Below are positions 9,781 to 18,905 of a stretch of 64,000 nt of DNA, piece after piece. Numbering within the stretch: position 1 is the first letter of the stretch; every line of letters begins with the position of its first letter. This DNA comes from an uncultured virus (IMG/VR IMGVR_UViG_3300031996_000002). Lineage: Duplodnaviria > Heunggongvirae > Uroviricota > Caudoviricetes. The DNA lies in IMG/VR virus record IMGVR_UViG_3300031996_000002. One strand, 5' to 3'. The translations under genes were made by a program, and so were the position numbers. The notes under the pieces were generated by a model. It was given only the letters and a program-made list of their open reading frames with translations, was not told the origin of the DNA and ran no database searches.

Positions 9781-10395
9781 ATGGTCTACAACCTGACCGG
9801 GGTCAGCATCCTGGATCCGGAGCCCGCCGTCGGCAAGCTGGCCGAGTGGACCCGCTGGGCCAGCCGGGTCGGCTCGCCCACCCGAAACCAGATGGTCTCG
9901 GTGATCCGGGTCTGGTACACCACCGCCAGGGGCGACCGCGAGGACTACGCCGAGGCCATCGCCAACAACCGCACCGTGGCCAACGGCGTGCTGGCCATCA
10001 TCAAGACCAACGACCCCACCCTGGCCAACGTCCAGCTGCGCCTGCTGGTGCAGGGGATCAGGCGGTACGCCGGGGATCCGGCTGTCTGGGAGTCGGCCGA
10101 CGAACTCCTGCGCATTGGAGGGTGGACCGACCCGCTCCCCCACGACCAACACTCAACCACCACCAAAGGAGAAGACATGTACAGCATCACCACCGCCCGC
10201 ACCATCGACGGCCACGTCGGCCAGATCCAGTGGCGCGGCCTCATCGTCTGGCAGTCCGAGCCAGTCGAGGAGCCGCTCACCAAGGAGGACGGCACCGTGA
10301 TCAAGACCGCCGGGGCGCTGGCCGAGGAGGAGGCGCAGGCGCACCTGGACGAGGTGATGGCCTCGCTGTTCGAGACCAAGACCAAGAAGAAGTAG
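9781..10395 (+). CDS. hypothetical protein with in-frame internal start at 10177
   Basis: GGAGGA RBS at start; second strong RBS AAAGGAG before ATG 10177. Confidence 0.55.
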   Translation: MVYNLTGVSILDPEPAVGKLAEWTRWASRVGSPTRNQMVSVIRVWYTTARGDREDYAEAIANNRTVANGVLAIIKTNDPTLANVQLRLLVQGIRRYAGDPAVWESADELLRIGGWTDPLPHDQHSTTTKGEDMYSITTARTIDGHVGQIQWRGLIVWQSEPVEEPLTKEDGTVIKTAGALAEEEAQAHLDEVMASLFETKTKKK

Positions 10396-10422
10396 CCCAC
10401 CTAGCCAGAAAGAGAGACAGCG

Positions 10423-10680
10423 ATGAGATTTTTGTCCACGTTCGTGAAGACGGTGCGTGACAGCCCCTCCCTTCAAGTGTCCTTCGCCGGGGTGCTGTTG
10501 TGCCTCGTCGGGGTGGTTCTGGCCCCCTTCACCCGGCAGTCCATGTGGTTCACCGGGGTCGGGCTGGTGCTCACCCTGGTGGCGCTCGCGGTGAGCACCC
10601 GGCGGTACCGCCGCGAGCGCCGCGAGCTCGACGCGCAGATGGACGAGCTGATCGCCAAGTTCTACCGGGACCAGTCATGA
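10423..10680 (+). CDS. small membrane protein (2 TM)
   Basis: two hydrophobic stretches followed by a basic tail. Confidence 0.6.
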   Translation: MRFLSTFVKTVRDSPSLQVSFAGVLLCLVGVVLAPFTRQSMWFTGVGLVLTLVALAVSTRRYRRERRELDAQMDELIAKFYRDQS

Positions 10681-10886
10681 GCCTGCCGGTGGCCTTGGTG
10701 GCCTATCTAGGCGGGCTGACCCTGTGGGGCGCCGGGCTTGTCGTCCAGATCGACGGCAGGCCCAGCGGCCTGGTGCTGGTCCTGGGCGGCGTCGTGCTGA
10801 TGGTGATGTCCCGCTTCTGGCCACGCAAGAAGGAGTCCAAGGAGGATGCTGATGGACACCACCATCACGTTGACCCAACTGCTTGA
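10677..10886 (+). CDS. small membrane protein (2 TM)
   Basis: MSLPVALVAYLGG... hydrophobic; ATGA overlap. Confidence 0.55.
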   Translation: MSLPVALVAYLGGLTLWGAGLVVQIDGRPSGLVLVLGGVVLMVMSRFWPRKKESKEDADGHHHHVDPTA

Positions 10887-11037
10887 GGCCACCCAGCGCC
10901 TGTCTGGGCGCGGCTCAGAAGTCGACCGGACGCTGGTCGACCTGGTTGCCGAGGTGATGGGGCTGCCGTCCTTCGACGCCCATGGTCGGGCAGCCATCGC
11001 CCCAGCGGTGCTGGGCAGTCCCAAGGAGGAGTCATGA
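10846..11037 (+). CDS. hypothetical protein
   Basis: AAGGAGG RBS. Confidence 0.5.
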   Translation: MLMDTTITLTQLLEATQRLSGRGSEVDRTLVDLVAEVMGLPSFDAHGRAAIAPAVLGSPKEES

Positions 11038-11249
11038 GCGAGCTGAACAGGATCGAGGTCTTCGCCGACGGGCTACCCAGTGTCGATCTGGCGATCGAGG
11101 CCATCGACGCGGCACTGGCCGGACTGCACACGGATGTGAAGTTCGAGATGCAGGCGACCTGGACCGAGGAGGGTGTGGACTCCAAGAAGACCTACTACAC
11201 CCTGACCGGCGAGTCCGGCCTGTCCTGGGTACTGCGGATCGAGCAGTGA
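11034..11249 (+). CDS. hypothetical protein
   Basis: AAGGAGG RBS and ATGA overlap. Confidence 0.6.
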   Translation: MSELNRIEVFADGLPSVDLAIEAIDAALAGLHTDVKFEMQATWTEEGVDSKKTYYTLTGESGLSWVLRIEQ

Positions 11250-11254
11250 GAACG

Positions 11255-11289
11255 CCTGGCCCCCTCTAACGTCCTGGGAGGGGGCCAGG
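11255..11289 (+). terminator. intergenic GC hairpin
   Basis: CCTGGCCCCCTC...GAGGGGGCCAGG. Confidence 0.55.
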
Positions 11290-11320
11290 TCCTTCCTACG
11301 GGACGAGGAAAGGAACCACC

Positions 11321-11770
11321 ATGTTCACCAAGAAGGCCTCCGCACGCGAGGCCGCCAGGGCATCCCGCGGGGCGGCGATGCTAGACCAGGTGCTGCCCGG
11401 CTGGGAGCAGTACGTCGACACCAAGACGCTGGACTTGTACTCCAGCCAGCGCTGCGTGTTGGCCCAGCTGGCGCTGAACGACCGGAGAGTCCTCTCCCAC
11501 GGTCCTGAGTGGCTGTGCGTCACCCCGTTCGCCGTGGGCATGACCTACCTGCGGGAAGAGCTGCGTCGACGAAGACTGCCCTCTTGGTGGGGCATAGAGG
11601 AGGTGGGCTTTTGCCCCTCGTTCTTCGGGGACATCTCCAACGGCGGGCTCAGGCGGGCCTGGACCGTGGAGATCAAGCGGCGGCGGCACCAGACCAAGTG
11701 CAAGGCCAAGGCCGCCAAGGCGCTGCGCATCCTGCCGGTGACCGAGCAGGAGTACGACCTTGTCGCCTGA
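11321..11770 (+). CDS. hypothetical phage protein
   Basis: AAAGGA RBS; RGAxxLD...W...LDL....CVLAQL pattern. Confidence 0.6.
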   Translation: MFTKKASAREAARASRGAAMLDQVLPGWEQYVDTKTLDLYSSQRCVLAQLALNDRRVLSHGPEWLCVTPFAVGMTYLREELRRRRLPSWWGIEEVGFCPSFFGDISNGGLRRAWTVEIKRRRHQTKCKAKAAKALRILPVTEQEYDLVA

Positions 11771-12017
11771 GGACAGTCAGGACAAGCTGGACCAGGCACT
11801 GGACCGGGCCGAGCAGCTGATGGCTCTGTGCGAGGGCTACCTGTTCGTCCTAGGCGCCGTTAGCTCCGCGCTACCCGATCCGGTGGCCGCGGCCCAGTTG
11901 CACCACAGCCTGCCCCCGGACCACACCAGTGACGTGTGCACGGCCTGCCTGAGCCAGGAGATCGCCACGGTGGTCTCCACCGGGTTGCGCTCGGCACACG
12001 GCGTGACCGGGGTCTAG
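11760..12017 (+). CDS. hypothetical protein
   Basis: overlaps upstream gene; followed by a hairpin. Confidence 0.5.
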   Translation: MSPEDSQDKLDQALDRAEQLMALCEGYLFVLGAVSSALPDPVAAAQLHHSLPPDHTSDVCTACLSQEIATVVSTGLRSAHGVTGV

Positions 12018-12028
12018 CCCCTCGACGA

Positions 12029-12069
12029 AGTAGCCCCGCCCTTGTCTTGCACACAGGGGCGGGGCTACT
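12029..12069 (+). terminator. intrinsic-terminator-like hairpin
   Basis: AGTAGCCCCGCCC...GGGCGGGGCTACT followed by a pyrimidine run. Confidence 0.65.
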
Positions 12070-12156
12070 CTCTCTGCGAGTTGTCTACGCTCTGCAAAGG
12101 GCAGGACCCAATATAGGGGATCCTGCGTCGAGGATCTACTCCGCAGGAGGTGAAAT

Positions 12157-12345
12157 TTGGCTAAGCCAGACAACCGCTGGCGCAAGGCTCAACGAACCGG
12201 GCCCAAGAATAAGACGCTGCCCCCCACCATCACGACCAACACGGGGTACGGGTCGAGGATCGTTGAGCGTCCAGAGATGCTCAACAAGCCGTCCAAGGCC
12301 GAGCTGGCCAAGTGGGAGAGGAAGTTGCCCCGAGCCATGAGATAA
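12157..12345 (+). CDS. small basic protein
   Basis: perfect AGGAGGT RBS before TTG. Confidence 0.5.
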   Translation: MAKPDNRWRKAQRTGPKNKTLPPTITTNTGYGSRIVERPEMLNKPSKAELAKWERKLPRAMR

Positions 12346-12756
12346 CTCCCGCGCATGGTGCTGACGCGCATGCCACAGGTCAGGGTCTGGCTGTGGTGCA
12401 CCGAGATACCAGCGTGGTGGAAACCGGGATGCACCTGTCACTGTCCCTAAGCCCTTGCGGGTGAGCGACCACTAGGACCAAGGCCTATGACACGGGTGTG
12501 TCCAAAAGAGCAGTCTGCGTAGCAGTCCTGGCAGCCACTGGCTGCATGGAACCAGTGCTCCACGGCATACCGTGGCCGTCCCCGCCTGCGGGCCTGACCG
12601 GGGCGTGAGGGGAGGCCGAAGCGGAGCGGGCGAAGCTCCGAAGCGTAGGCCGGACCCGCCCCGACGATGCCTTCCTGGGCCTGACCCGGCCGAACGGGGC
12701 TGTACCACCGGATATCCATCCCAAATCACATGAAACCAAAGGAGATAGAGAGAACC

Positions 12757-13161
12757 ATGAGCGACACCGAGATCGACTTCGAAGGTGTGGATCTAGATGA
12801 GCTGCAGCGGTCCTTGTACTTCGTCACGGACAACTCTGTGGGAGACCAGCCAGCGCTGGCGGTTCTAGGGCCGGTGGCGGGCCAGGTGGAGCGAGTGCCT
12901 TCGGCCACCGTGACCTGCTACGCGCATGAGGCTCCCGCACTGGCCCTGTTCCGGCACTCCTCACACTGTGCCGTACCGGTCTGCGAGGACTGCCTGAAGA
13001 TCGTCAACGAGATCATCACGGTCTGGGAGGCCCTCAGCGATCAAGAGCGGATGCAGGCCGCACTGATGATTCCCGATGCCCTGGCCTGCCGGTTCTGCGG
13101 ACAGGTCTTCCTGGACCCCGAGGACCTGGTGGTCCGGCTCGAAGAGCTTCCGGAGGAGTAG
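12757..13161 (+). CDS. Cys/His-rich Zn-binding protein
   Basis: CYAH, HC..VCEDC, CRFC motifs. Confidence 0.6.
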   Translation: MSDTEIDFEGVDLDELQRSLYFVTDNSVGDQPALAVLGPVAGQVERVPSATVTCYAHEAPALALFRHSSHCAVPVCEDCLKIVNEIITVWEALSDQERMQAALMIPDALACRFCGQVFLDPEDLVVRLEELPEE

Positions 13162-13443
13162 ATGAGCCAGACCCTGGATCTGGACACCAGCACCCTGGAG
13201 CAGCTGGAGCTGGAGGAGAGCCTCAGTCGCGAGCTGCCCTGTGGCAACACCAGGTGGGACCACCCAGACCTTGCGGTGACCCGGCTGGTTCACCCGGGCT
13301 GCCAGGTCTTCCTGTGTGGCCCCTGCATAGGAAAGGCCCGCAAGATCCTGGCCCATTCGCAGACCTTCCACCTGGGCATCACCTGTCACCTCTGCCACTC
13401 CTTCGACCTGGATCCGGAGAGCTTCTCCTTCCTGCCCCTGTAA
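13162..13443 (+). CDS. Cys/His-rich Zn-binding protein
   Basis: PCG, HPGC..LCGPC, CHLC motifs; GGAGGAG RBS. Confidence 0.6.
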   Translation: MSQTLDLDTSTLEQLELEESLSRELPCGNTRWDHPDLAVTRLVHPGCQVFLCGPCIGKARKILAHSQTFHLGITCHLCHSFDLDPESFSFLPL

Positions 13444-13461
13444 CGACGAAAGGACCCTGTT

Positions 13462-14040
13462 ATGGCCTCAACCCCCGTTGATCAAGACGATGTGCTTGCC
13501 CGACTGGCTGCGATGCAGTCCCAACTAGACGGGGTCTCCTCCGGAGACACCATCGAGACCCCACCCCAGCTGACCGTCATCCGCCGCACCGACCAGGTGC
13601 TGGTCATCAACGAGAAGGAGTACGACGACATCTGGCTGCCCGACTTCCACACCTTCCGGCGCCAGATGCTGAACAAGGACTGGACCCGCTGTGAGGCGGA
13701 GTCCCCATCGGGCAGCTGGTCGTGCACCGGCAGTGTGGACCTGTGCTCTGGGGGCTTCTCCCACATTGCTGCGGAGTACACCTCCATCATCGGCTCGACG
13801 TCCGACCAGATCCTGGAGATCTGGAGCTCGGACAACGACGCTGACGCCGGGCTGTACATCCACAGGGAGCTGATCGGGTCGATCACGGTGCCCGACTTCA
13901 CCAAGGACTACCGAGACCACTACGGGAGCACCTGCAGGCAGACCTACGGCCCGACCGGGTACATCTGCACCCTGCACGCGGGCCATCCCTACTCGCACTG
14001 CGCGGGTAACAAGTCCACCGTGGTCGGGATCTGGACATGA
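13462..14040 (+). CDS. hypothetical protein with two Cys/His modules
   Basis: two C-x-C..H..A....IW segments. Confidence 0.55.
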   Translation: MASTPVDQDDVLARLAAMQSQLDGVSSGDTIETPPQLTVIRRTDQVLVINEKEYDDIWLPDFHTFRRQMLNKDWTRCEAESPSGSWSCTGSVDLCSGGFSHIAAEYTSIIGSTSDQILEIWSSDNDADAGLYIHRELIGSITVPDFTKDYRDHYGSTCRQTYGPTGYICTLHAGHPYSHCAGNKSTVVGIWT

Positions 14041-14210
14041 CCAGCGTGCTGGTGGTCCTGGTGCTGCTGGGCCTGTTGGGCCTGGTGATCCTGATCCCGC
14101 TGCTGGTCGCCGGAACCCTGTGGACTCACCCCGTTCTCCTGGTGGCGCTGCTGGCCCTGGGTGTGGGGAGGTGGCTATGGCAGGGCGTCGCAAGAAGTTC
14201 CTCGCGGTGA
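14037..14210 (+). CDS. small membrane protein (not in ORF track)
   Basis: 57 aa, MTSVLVVLVLLGLLGLVILIPLLV...; ATGA overlap. Confidence 0.55.
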   Translation: MTSVLVVLVLLGLLGLVILIPLLVAGTLWTHPVLLVALLALGVGRWLWQGVARSSSR

Positions 14211-14563
14211 CCCCACTGAGCCTGTTCCCGGGGAACCTGTATCCGGCGGTACGAACCGCCTTTGGCGGCACCGAGGTGCGCTGTCAGCTGTGCGGGGATG
14301 CCTGCGTGGTGGACAGCGCCATCGATGTCAGCGACGTGGAGATCTTCTACTGCATCAACTGCTCGGGCCGAGCTGGGCTGACCGTCACCGAGGTGGTCGA
14401 ACAGCTGGTCGCCGGGCTGGAGATCTCCTACGCCCGGTTCCTGACCCTGATCGAAATCCTCCGGGTGGAACCGGGGACCAGAAGGTATGAGGCGCTGGTC
14501 GACCGACTGCGTCACGCCGGGGTAGCCATCACCGGCCTACCCCCTACGCACAAGGAGTACTGA
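14177..14563 (+). CDS. Zn-finger hypothetical protein
   Basis: CQLC and CINC; GGAGGT RBS. Confidence 0.55.
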   Translation: MAGRRKKFLAVTPLSLFPGNLYPAVRTAFGGTEVRCQLCGDACVVDSAIDVSDVEIFYCINCSGRAGLTVTEVVEQLVAGLEISYARFLTLIEILRVEPGTRRYEALVDRLRHAGVAITGLPPTHKEY

Positions 14564-14565
14564 TC

Positions 14566-15483
14566 GTGGCTAACCCCAAGCCCACCCCCAAGACGGCCGC
14601 CAAGCCCAAGGCACCGGCCAAGAAAACCACGGCATCCCAGTCCGCCAAGAAGGCCGAGGTCACCATGGCCATCCCCAGGGCCGCGATTGGGATCACCACC
14701 ACCTACGAGGAGATCACCCCAGAGGTAGCCAGCCAATACCTGGAGCACAACAAGGCCAACCGCAACCTCAAGGAGGCCCGGATCGATGCCATCGTGCGAG
14801 ACATGCAGGGCGGCCGGTTCCTGACCACCCACCAAGGCATCGCCTTCGACAAGTCCGGGGAGCTGGTTGATGGTCAGCACCGGCTGTGGGCGGTGATCAA
14901 GGCCCAGACCCCGGTGGTCATGGCGGTCACCCGAGGGGTGGATGAGCGGACCAAGGCGGTGTTGGACACCGGGGTGAAGCGGACCACGGCCGACTACCTC
15001 AAGCTGGAGGGCTACGACAACCGGACCATCCTGGGCGCGATCGCCCGCACCGCAATGCTCTACGAGCGGGGCACCCCGATCGGGTCCTACCGGGCGGCCA
15101 CCTCCAACGCCGAGGTCTATGAGTTCCTGTCCGAGCACGAGGAGATGGTCGAGGCCGCCGAGCTGGCCCGCACCTGGTACACCCACCTGCAGGCCCGGCC
15201 CTCGGTAATAGGCACCGCGTACTGGATCTTCGCCCGGATCGACCAGGCGAAGGCGGTCGAGTTCTTCACCGACATGGTCAACATGACCCTGAACGGCGAG
15301 GGCGACCCTCGGGTGGCCCTGATGCGCCGGTTGAACCAGGCTCGGATCAACGCCGAGCGGATCCCCCAGCCGGTGGTGCTGAGCATGTTCGTGCGGGCCT
15401 GGAACGCCTGGCGCAACGGGCACACCATGATGCGGATGCCGGTGGACCGGCTGCGCACCAAGCGGGTCATCGAGGCCATCTGA
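14566..15483 (+). CDS. ParB/Srx-like (DGQHR) domain protein
   Basis: ITPEVA..L..N..NR..., GIAFD..G.LVDGQHRL motif; Lys/Ala-rich N-terminal tail. Confidence 0.75.
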   Translation: MANPKPTPKTAAKPKAPAKKTTASQSAKKAEVTMAIPRAAIGITTTYEEITPEVASQYLEHNKANRNLKEARIDAIVRDMQGGRFLTTHQGIAFDKSGELVDGQHRLWAVIKAQTPVVMAVTRGVDERTKAVLDTGVKRTTADYLKLEGYDNRTILGAIARTAMLYERGTPIGSYRAATSNAEVYEFLSEHEEMVEAAELARTWYTHLQARPSVIGTAYWIFARIDQAKAVEFFTDMVNMTLNGEGDPRVALMRRLNQARINAERIPQPVVLSMFVRAWNAWRNGHTMMRMPVDRLRTKRVIEAI

Positions 15484-15490
15484 GTCCCCC

Positions 15491-15519
15491 GCCCCCGGCC
15501 TGATCCCTGGGCCGGGGGC
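15491..15519 (+). terminator. intergenic GC hairpin
   Basis: GCCCCCGGCC...GGCCGGGGGC. Confidence 0.5.
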
Positions 15520-15543
15520 CCGACCTCACCAAGGAGGTGAGCA

Positions 15544-16017
15544 ATGAGCATTGGCGAGATCAGGACCGTCTACGCGGTGCTGGCCGACGGGACCCAGATC
15601 GTGCGCTACTCCGGGTCCAAGCGGTGGTTCTGGGAACACCCGGACCGCACCCGGATCCGGCGCTTTCGCCGGGTCAGTGATGCGGCGGACCTGGCCTGGT
15701 ACCAGAGCGCCACGGTGTTCCTGGGCCAGCCCGAGGGCAGCTACTTCGACAAGTACTACCAAGCCCGACAAAACGGAGCTCCGTTGCCACCGGTGCAGCG
15801 GTATACCGCGGCCGGGCGGGCCCAGGCGATCGGTCGGGCCCAGCGGGCCTACGACAAGCAGCTGCGCAACTACCGGGCTCGGACCACCCCGTACCGCAAG
15901 TGGGGCTACGACGAGGCCACCATCTGGCGGTACTGGGGCATCAGGCCGCCGGTGACGCCGTCGATACTGGTCCGCGCCGAACGCCTCTCCCGACGCAGGC
16001 ACAGAAAGGCCGCCTGA
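15544..16017 (+). CDS. basic hypothetical protein
   Basis: AAGGAGGT RBS; Arg/aromatic-rich. Confidence 0.6.
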   Translation: MSIGEIRTVYAVLADGTQIVRYSGSKRWFWEHPDRTRIRRFRRVSDAADLAWYQSATVFLGQPEGSYFDKYYQARQNGAPLPPVQRYTAAGRAQAIGRAQRAYDKQLRNYRARTTPYRKWGYDEATIWRYWGIRPPVTPSILVRAERLSRRRHRKAA

Positions 16018-16322
16018 TGACCTTCAAGAACTCGACCAACACCCCGGGGTGGACCTACCGCAACCGGCCGGAGTTCCGGGCGCTGCTGGCCGACGTCGGC
16101 GCCAAGCTGCGGGAGCTGCGGCTGGACAAGGGCCTGTCCCAGCGCGAGGTGACCCGGCTCAACGGGGCCACCAACGGCATGGTCTCCAACCTGGAGCACG
16201 GCAAGACCATGGGGGTCACGCTGTACTCCCTCTTCCGGCTCGCCGATGGATACGGGTATGACGTCAAGATCAGTTTCGAGAGGAGAGCACGTGCGGTACG
16301 CAGAGCAGATGGCGATGGATAA
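16017..16322 (+). CDS. XRE-family HTH regulator
   Basis: LRELRLDKGLSQREV...VSNLEHG. Confidence 0.85.
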   Translation: MTFKNSTNTPGWTYRNRPEFRALLADVGAKLRELRLDKGLSQREVTRLNGATNGMVSNLEHGKTMGVTLYSLFRLADGYGYDVKISFERRARAVRRADGDG

Positions 16323-16500
16323 GTACCCGCCGGGCACCACGGTGGTGATGGTCGCGGACAACAACCCCGACAGCGCCATCGCCGAGGGCACCAAGGGCAC
16401 TGTCCGTCGCATCACCCAGGACGGTCTGCTTCAAGTGGTCTGGTCCACCGGGGCGAACAGCTTCGTGGACATGGTGCGCGACCGGATCGAGGAGACGTGA
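16291..16500 (+). CDS. DUF4314-like small protein
   Basis: YPPGT.V......GTKGTV..I...G.LQVVW..G pattern. Confidence 0.55.
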   Translation: MRYAEQMAMDKYPPGTTVVMVADNNPDSAIAEGTKGTVRRITQDGLLQVVWSTGANSFVDMVRDRIEET

Positions 16501-16697
16501 TGGGCCAGATCCGAGCGGCCCGGGTCCCCGGCCCGGACGGCGCGAGCGAGGTGGTGGTCTTCCTGGTGGAGGGCACCAAGGTCACTCCGTGCGCCTACCT
16601 GCCGATGACCATGATTCCCGGGCTGATCGGCGATCTACGGATCGCCCTGCTCGGCGAGCAGGTAGTTCAAGCCGAGGCGCAGCTCCAGGCGTCCTAA
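16497..16697 (+). CDS. hypothetical protein
   Basis: GTGA overlap and GGAG RBS. Confidence 0.5.
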   Translation: MMGQIRAARVPGPDGASEVVVFLVEGTKVTPCAYLPMTMIPGLIGDLRIALLGEQVVQAEAQLQAS

Positions 16698-16766
16698 CCC
16701 CGTCCACCCCGGGTGGTTCCAGGCCGCCCGGGGTGGCACCCAACCAGACAGACGAGGAGACCAACC

Positions 16767-16988
16767 ATGGCGATCACCGATCCCTCCGACTACCGTCGGC
16801 AGATCTACGGGTTCACCCGAACCATGCGCCGGGCCCAGATCAGCGCCCATGCCCGGGACCTGTGCCACGAGCTGCTCTCGCGCCGAGGCACCCCCGAGCA
16901 GATGGCGGGCTGGCGCGGCGAGGTGATGGCAGTGATGATCGAGGCGCAGGCCGCCTTGGAGCGTCTCGATGCCGGAGCGCCGCGATGA
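16767..16988 (+). CDS. hypothetical protein
   Basis: GAGGAG RBS after a hairpin and an A/C-rich leader. Confidence 0.55.
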   Translation: MAITDPSDYRRQIYGFTRTMRRAQISAHARDLCHELLSRRGTPEQMAGWRGEVMAVMIEAQAALERLDAGAPR

Positions 16989-17476
16989 GCGACAACAACA
17001 CCCCCAGCGCCCCGCAGGAGCCCCGTGGAGCCATTCTCCCGGCCGTTGAGCCTGCACGCGGGTTCTCGGACGCGGACCTGCTGCGGAGGTGCACAGCGGC
17101 GCTGAACCGGACGTCCGCGGAGAACGAACGGCTGCGGGCGACCGCGGCTCTCTGGGAGAACTCATTCAAGGGCAAGAGTGCCGAATGGGTGCGCGAAAAG
17201 GCCCGCGCCGAGGCTGCGGAGGCCGAGAACGACCGGCTGCGGGCGGCGCAGTCCATGTGGGGCGACGCGATGAAGTCGCTGAACGAGTGGCGGGAGCGCG
17301 CCGAGGCCGCCGAGGCCAAGTTGCGCGACGTGGAGGCGCTGCTGCCCGATGAATGGCACGAGGCCGGAGGCGTCCTAGTCCGACCGTCGGCCATCCGCGA
17401 CGTTCTCGCCCGGTCGCAGGCACCAGCCGAGCCCTTTCCGTGCCTCCTGCCGCAGGTGGACGACGAGGATGAGTGA
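16985..17476 (+). CDS. coiled-coil hypothetical protein
   Basis: repeated AEN(E/D)RLRA / RAEAAEA segments. Confidence 0.55.
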   Translation: MSDNNTPSAPQEPRGAILPAVEPARGFSDADLLRRCTAALNRTSAENERLRATAALWENSFKGKSAEWVREKARAEAAEAENDRLRAAQSMWGDAMKSLNEWRERAEAAEAKLRDVEALLPDEWHEAGGVLVRPSAIRDVLARSQAPAEPFPCLLPQVDDEDE

Positions 17477-17606
17477 GTCGCCCCCAGAGCCCGACTGGCT
17501 GGAGTTCGAGGAGATCCGTGGCGTCGGACCCTCCCCGCTGGCCCTGGCCTTCTTCGTGGTCACCCTCGCTGCTGGCGCCGGGGCACTGTGGCTGTTGTGG
17601 TTCTGA
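17469..17606 (+). CDS. small C-terminally anchored membrane protein (not in ORF track)
   Basis: 45 aa ending LALAFFVVTLAAGAGALWLLWF. Confidence 0.45.
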   Translation: MSESPPEPDWLEFEEIRGVGPSPLALAFFVVTLAAGAGALWLLWF

Positions 17607-17662
17607 CGCCAGCCAAAGGAATGCCGTGGAAACCATCCAAATAGATGAACTCAAGGAGCACG

Positions 17663-17947
17663 ATGGCGATTAAGCATGTGTATGCCCCCTTTACCCCCAC
17701 CCAGGTGAAGAACCTCAATGACTTCCAGCGCAGCGGCTACTTTCACCCGTTCACCTGTCCGGACTGCTCCGCCTCGCTCACCGCGATGGAGATGGGCTGG
17801 CGGTGCCTGGGCTGCGGGGAGTACACCCAGGACTGGGCCCACAAGATGATGGCCGACGGGTCGGCCCTGGCCGCCTACCGCAAGCTGCAGTCCTACGGCT
17901 GGGACCCCGCAGCGGCCCCAGCAGCCCCGGAGAGCGCCGATGAGTGA
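17663..17947 (+). CDS. Zn-ribbon phage protein
   Basis: HPFTCPDC...WRCLGC..YTQDWAH; AAGGAG RBS. Confidence 0.65.
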   Translation: MAIKHVYAPFTPTQVKNLNDFQRSGYFHPFTCPDCSASLTAMEMGWRCLGCGEYTQDWAHKMMADGSALAAYRKLQSYGWDPAAAPAAPESADE

Positions 17948-18281
17948 CCTGGAGACCCAACTGGTCGTCCACATCCACTTCGACGCTGAGAATCCCGCAG
18001 AGCTCGTCGAGCAGATGTATGACCGGGTCACCGACCTGGTCTACGGGGACCCGGAGCTGTCCAGCTTCATCTCCTCCCACGGCCAGGAGTGCGACGTCAG
18101 CTCGCACTGCTACGGGCCGGGGTCCAAAGCGGCGATCAAGTACCACGACGAGGCCATCGACGAGGCCTTGAGCGCCCTGGTCGAGCGGGTGCGCGAGAAG
18201 TCCTACGCCGGAAAGCACCTGAACTGGCTCGACATTGTGTCCCTGTTAAACACTCTGAGAAAGAGCAAAGATGCCCACTAA
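17940..18281 (+). CDS. hypothetical protein
   Basis: overlaps both neighbours. Confidence 0.55.
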   Translation: MSDLETQLVVHIHFDAENPAELVEQMYDRVTDLVYGDPELSSFISSHGQECDVSSHCYGPGSKAAIKYHDEAIDEALSALVERVREKSYAGKHLNWLDIVSLLNTLRKSKDAH

Positions 18282-18594
18282 GCCTCAACTGCAGAGTTTC
18301 GCCAACACCCTCAGCGACGAGTTTCTCTACTGTCGTCGCTACGGGCACAACTGGCACCCGCGCACCGCCATCAAGCGCAAGGGCTGGTACGAGGCCACGG
18401 TGTTCTGCCAGCGGTGCACCAGTGAGCGCCTGGAGGTGATCTCGCTGCGCGGGGAGGTGGTGCGCTCCTCGATGCACTACCCCAAGGGGTACCTGGCCCA
18501 CAACATCGGCCGGATTGTCGGGGAGTCCAAGAACTACCTGCGCATCGAGGCCCTGGGTCGGCACCTGGGCTCGGTCACCCCTACACCTGAGTGA
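18271..18594 (+). CDS. Zn-binding hypothetical protein
   Basis: CRRYGHNW...CQRC motif. Confidence 0.6.
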   Translation: MPTKPQLQSFANTLSDEFLYCRRYGHNWHPRTAIKRKGWYEATVFCQRCTSERLEVISLRGEVVRSSMHYPKGYLAHNIGRIVGESKNYLRIEALGRHLGSVTPTPE

Positions 18595-18901
18595 CTTCGA
18601 TGTCGTCGGTCTGCCCGGCGATGATCTCCACGTCGTCGGTGTAGGTGATCATCGTTTCGTAGGTGCCCGGGGTCAGCGTCTGGGCCCCGCCACCGGAGGC
18701 GTCGGACCCGGCGAAGAGCACCGCCGCGCTGCGCGTGTGCACGGCGCCGGTGACCTGCTCGGCCCCGGACCAGTCCGCGGTCACCGTGGTCCAGGAGCTG
18801 GCCGCCTTGCGCCGGTAGGAGACCACCGGCGGGGAGGTCAGGGTGGAGCGCGAGGACACCGTCCAGGTGCCGTAGCGACGCTCGGTGCTCAGCAGTCTCA
18901 T
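18581..18901 (-). CDS. putative virion/tail accessory protein
   Basis: last gene of the leftward tail-fibre cassette; beta-rich composition. Confidence 0.5.
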   Translation of the reverse strand: MRLLSTERRYGTWTVSSRSTLTSPPVVSYRRKAASSWTTVTADWSGAEQVTGAVHTRSAAVLFAGSDASGGGAQTLTPGTYETMITYTDDVEIIAGQTDDIEVTQV

Positions 18902-18905
18902 GTCT

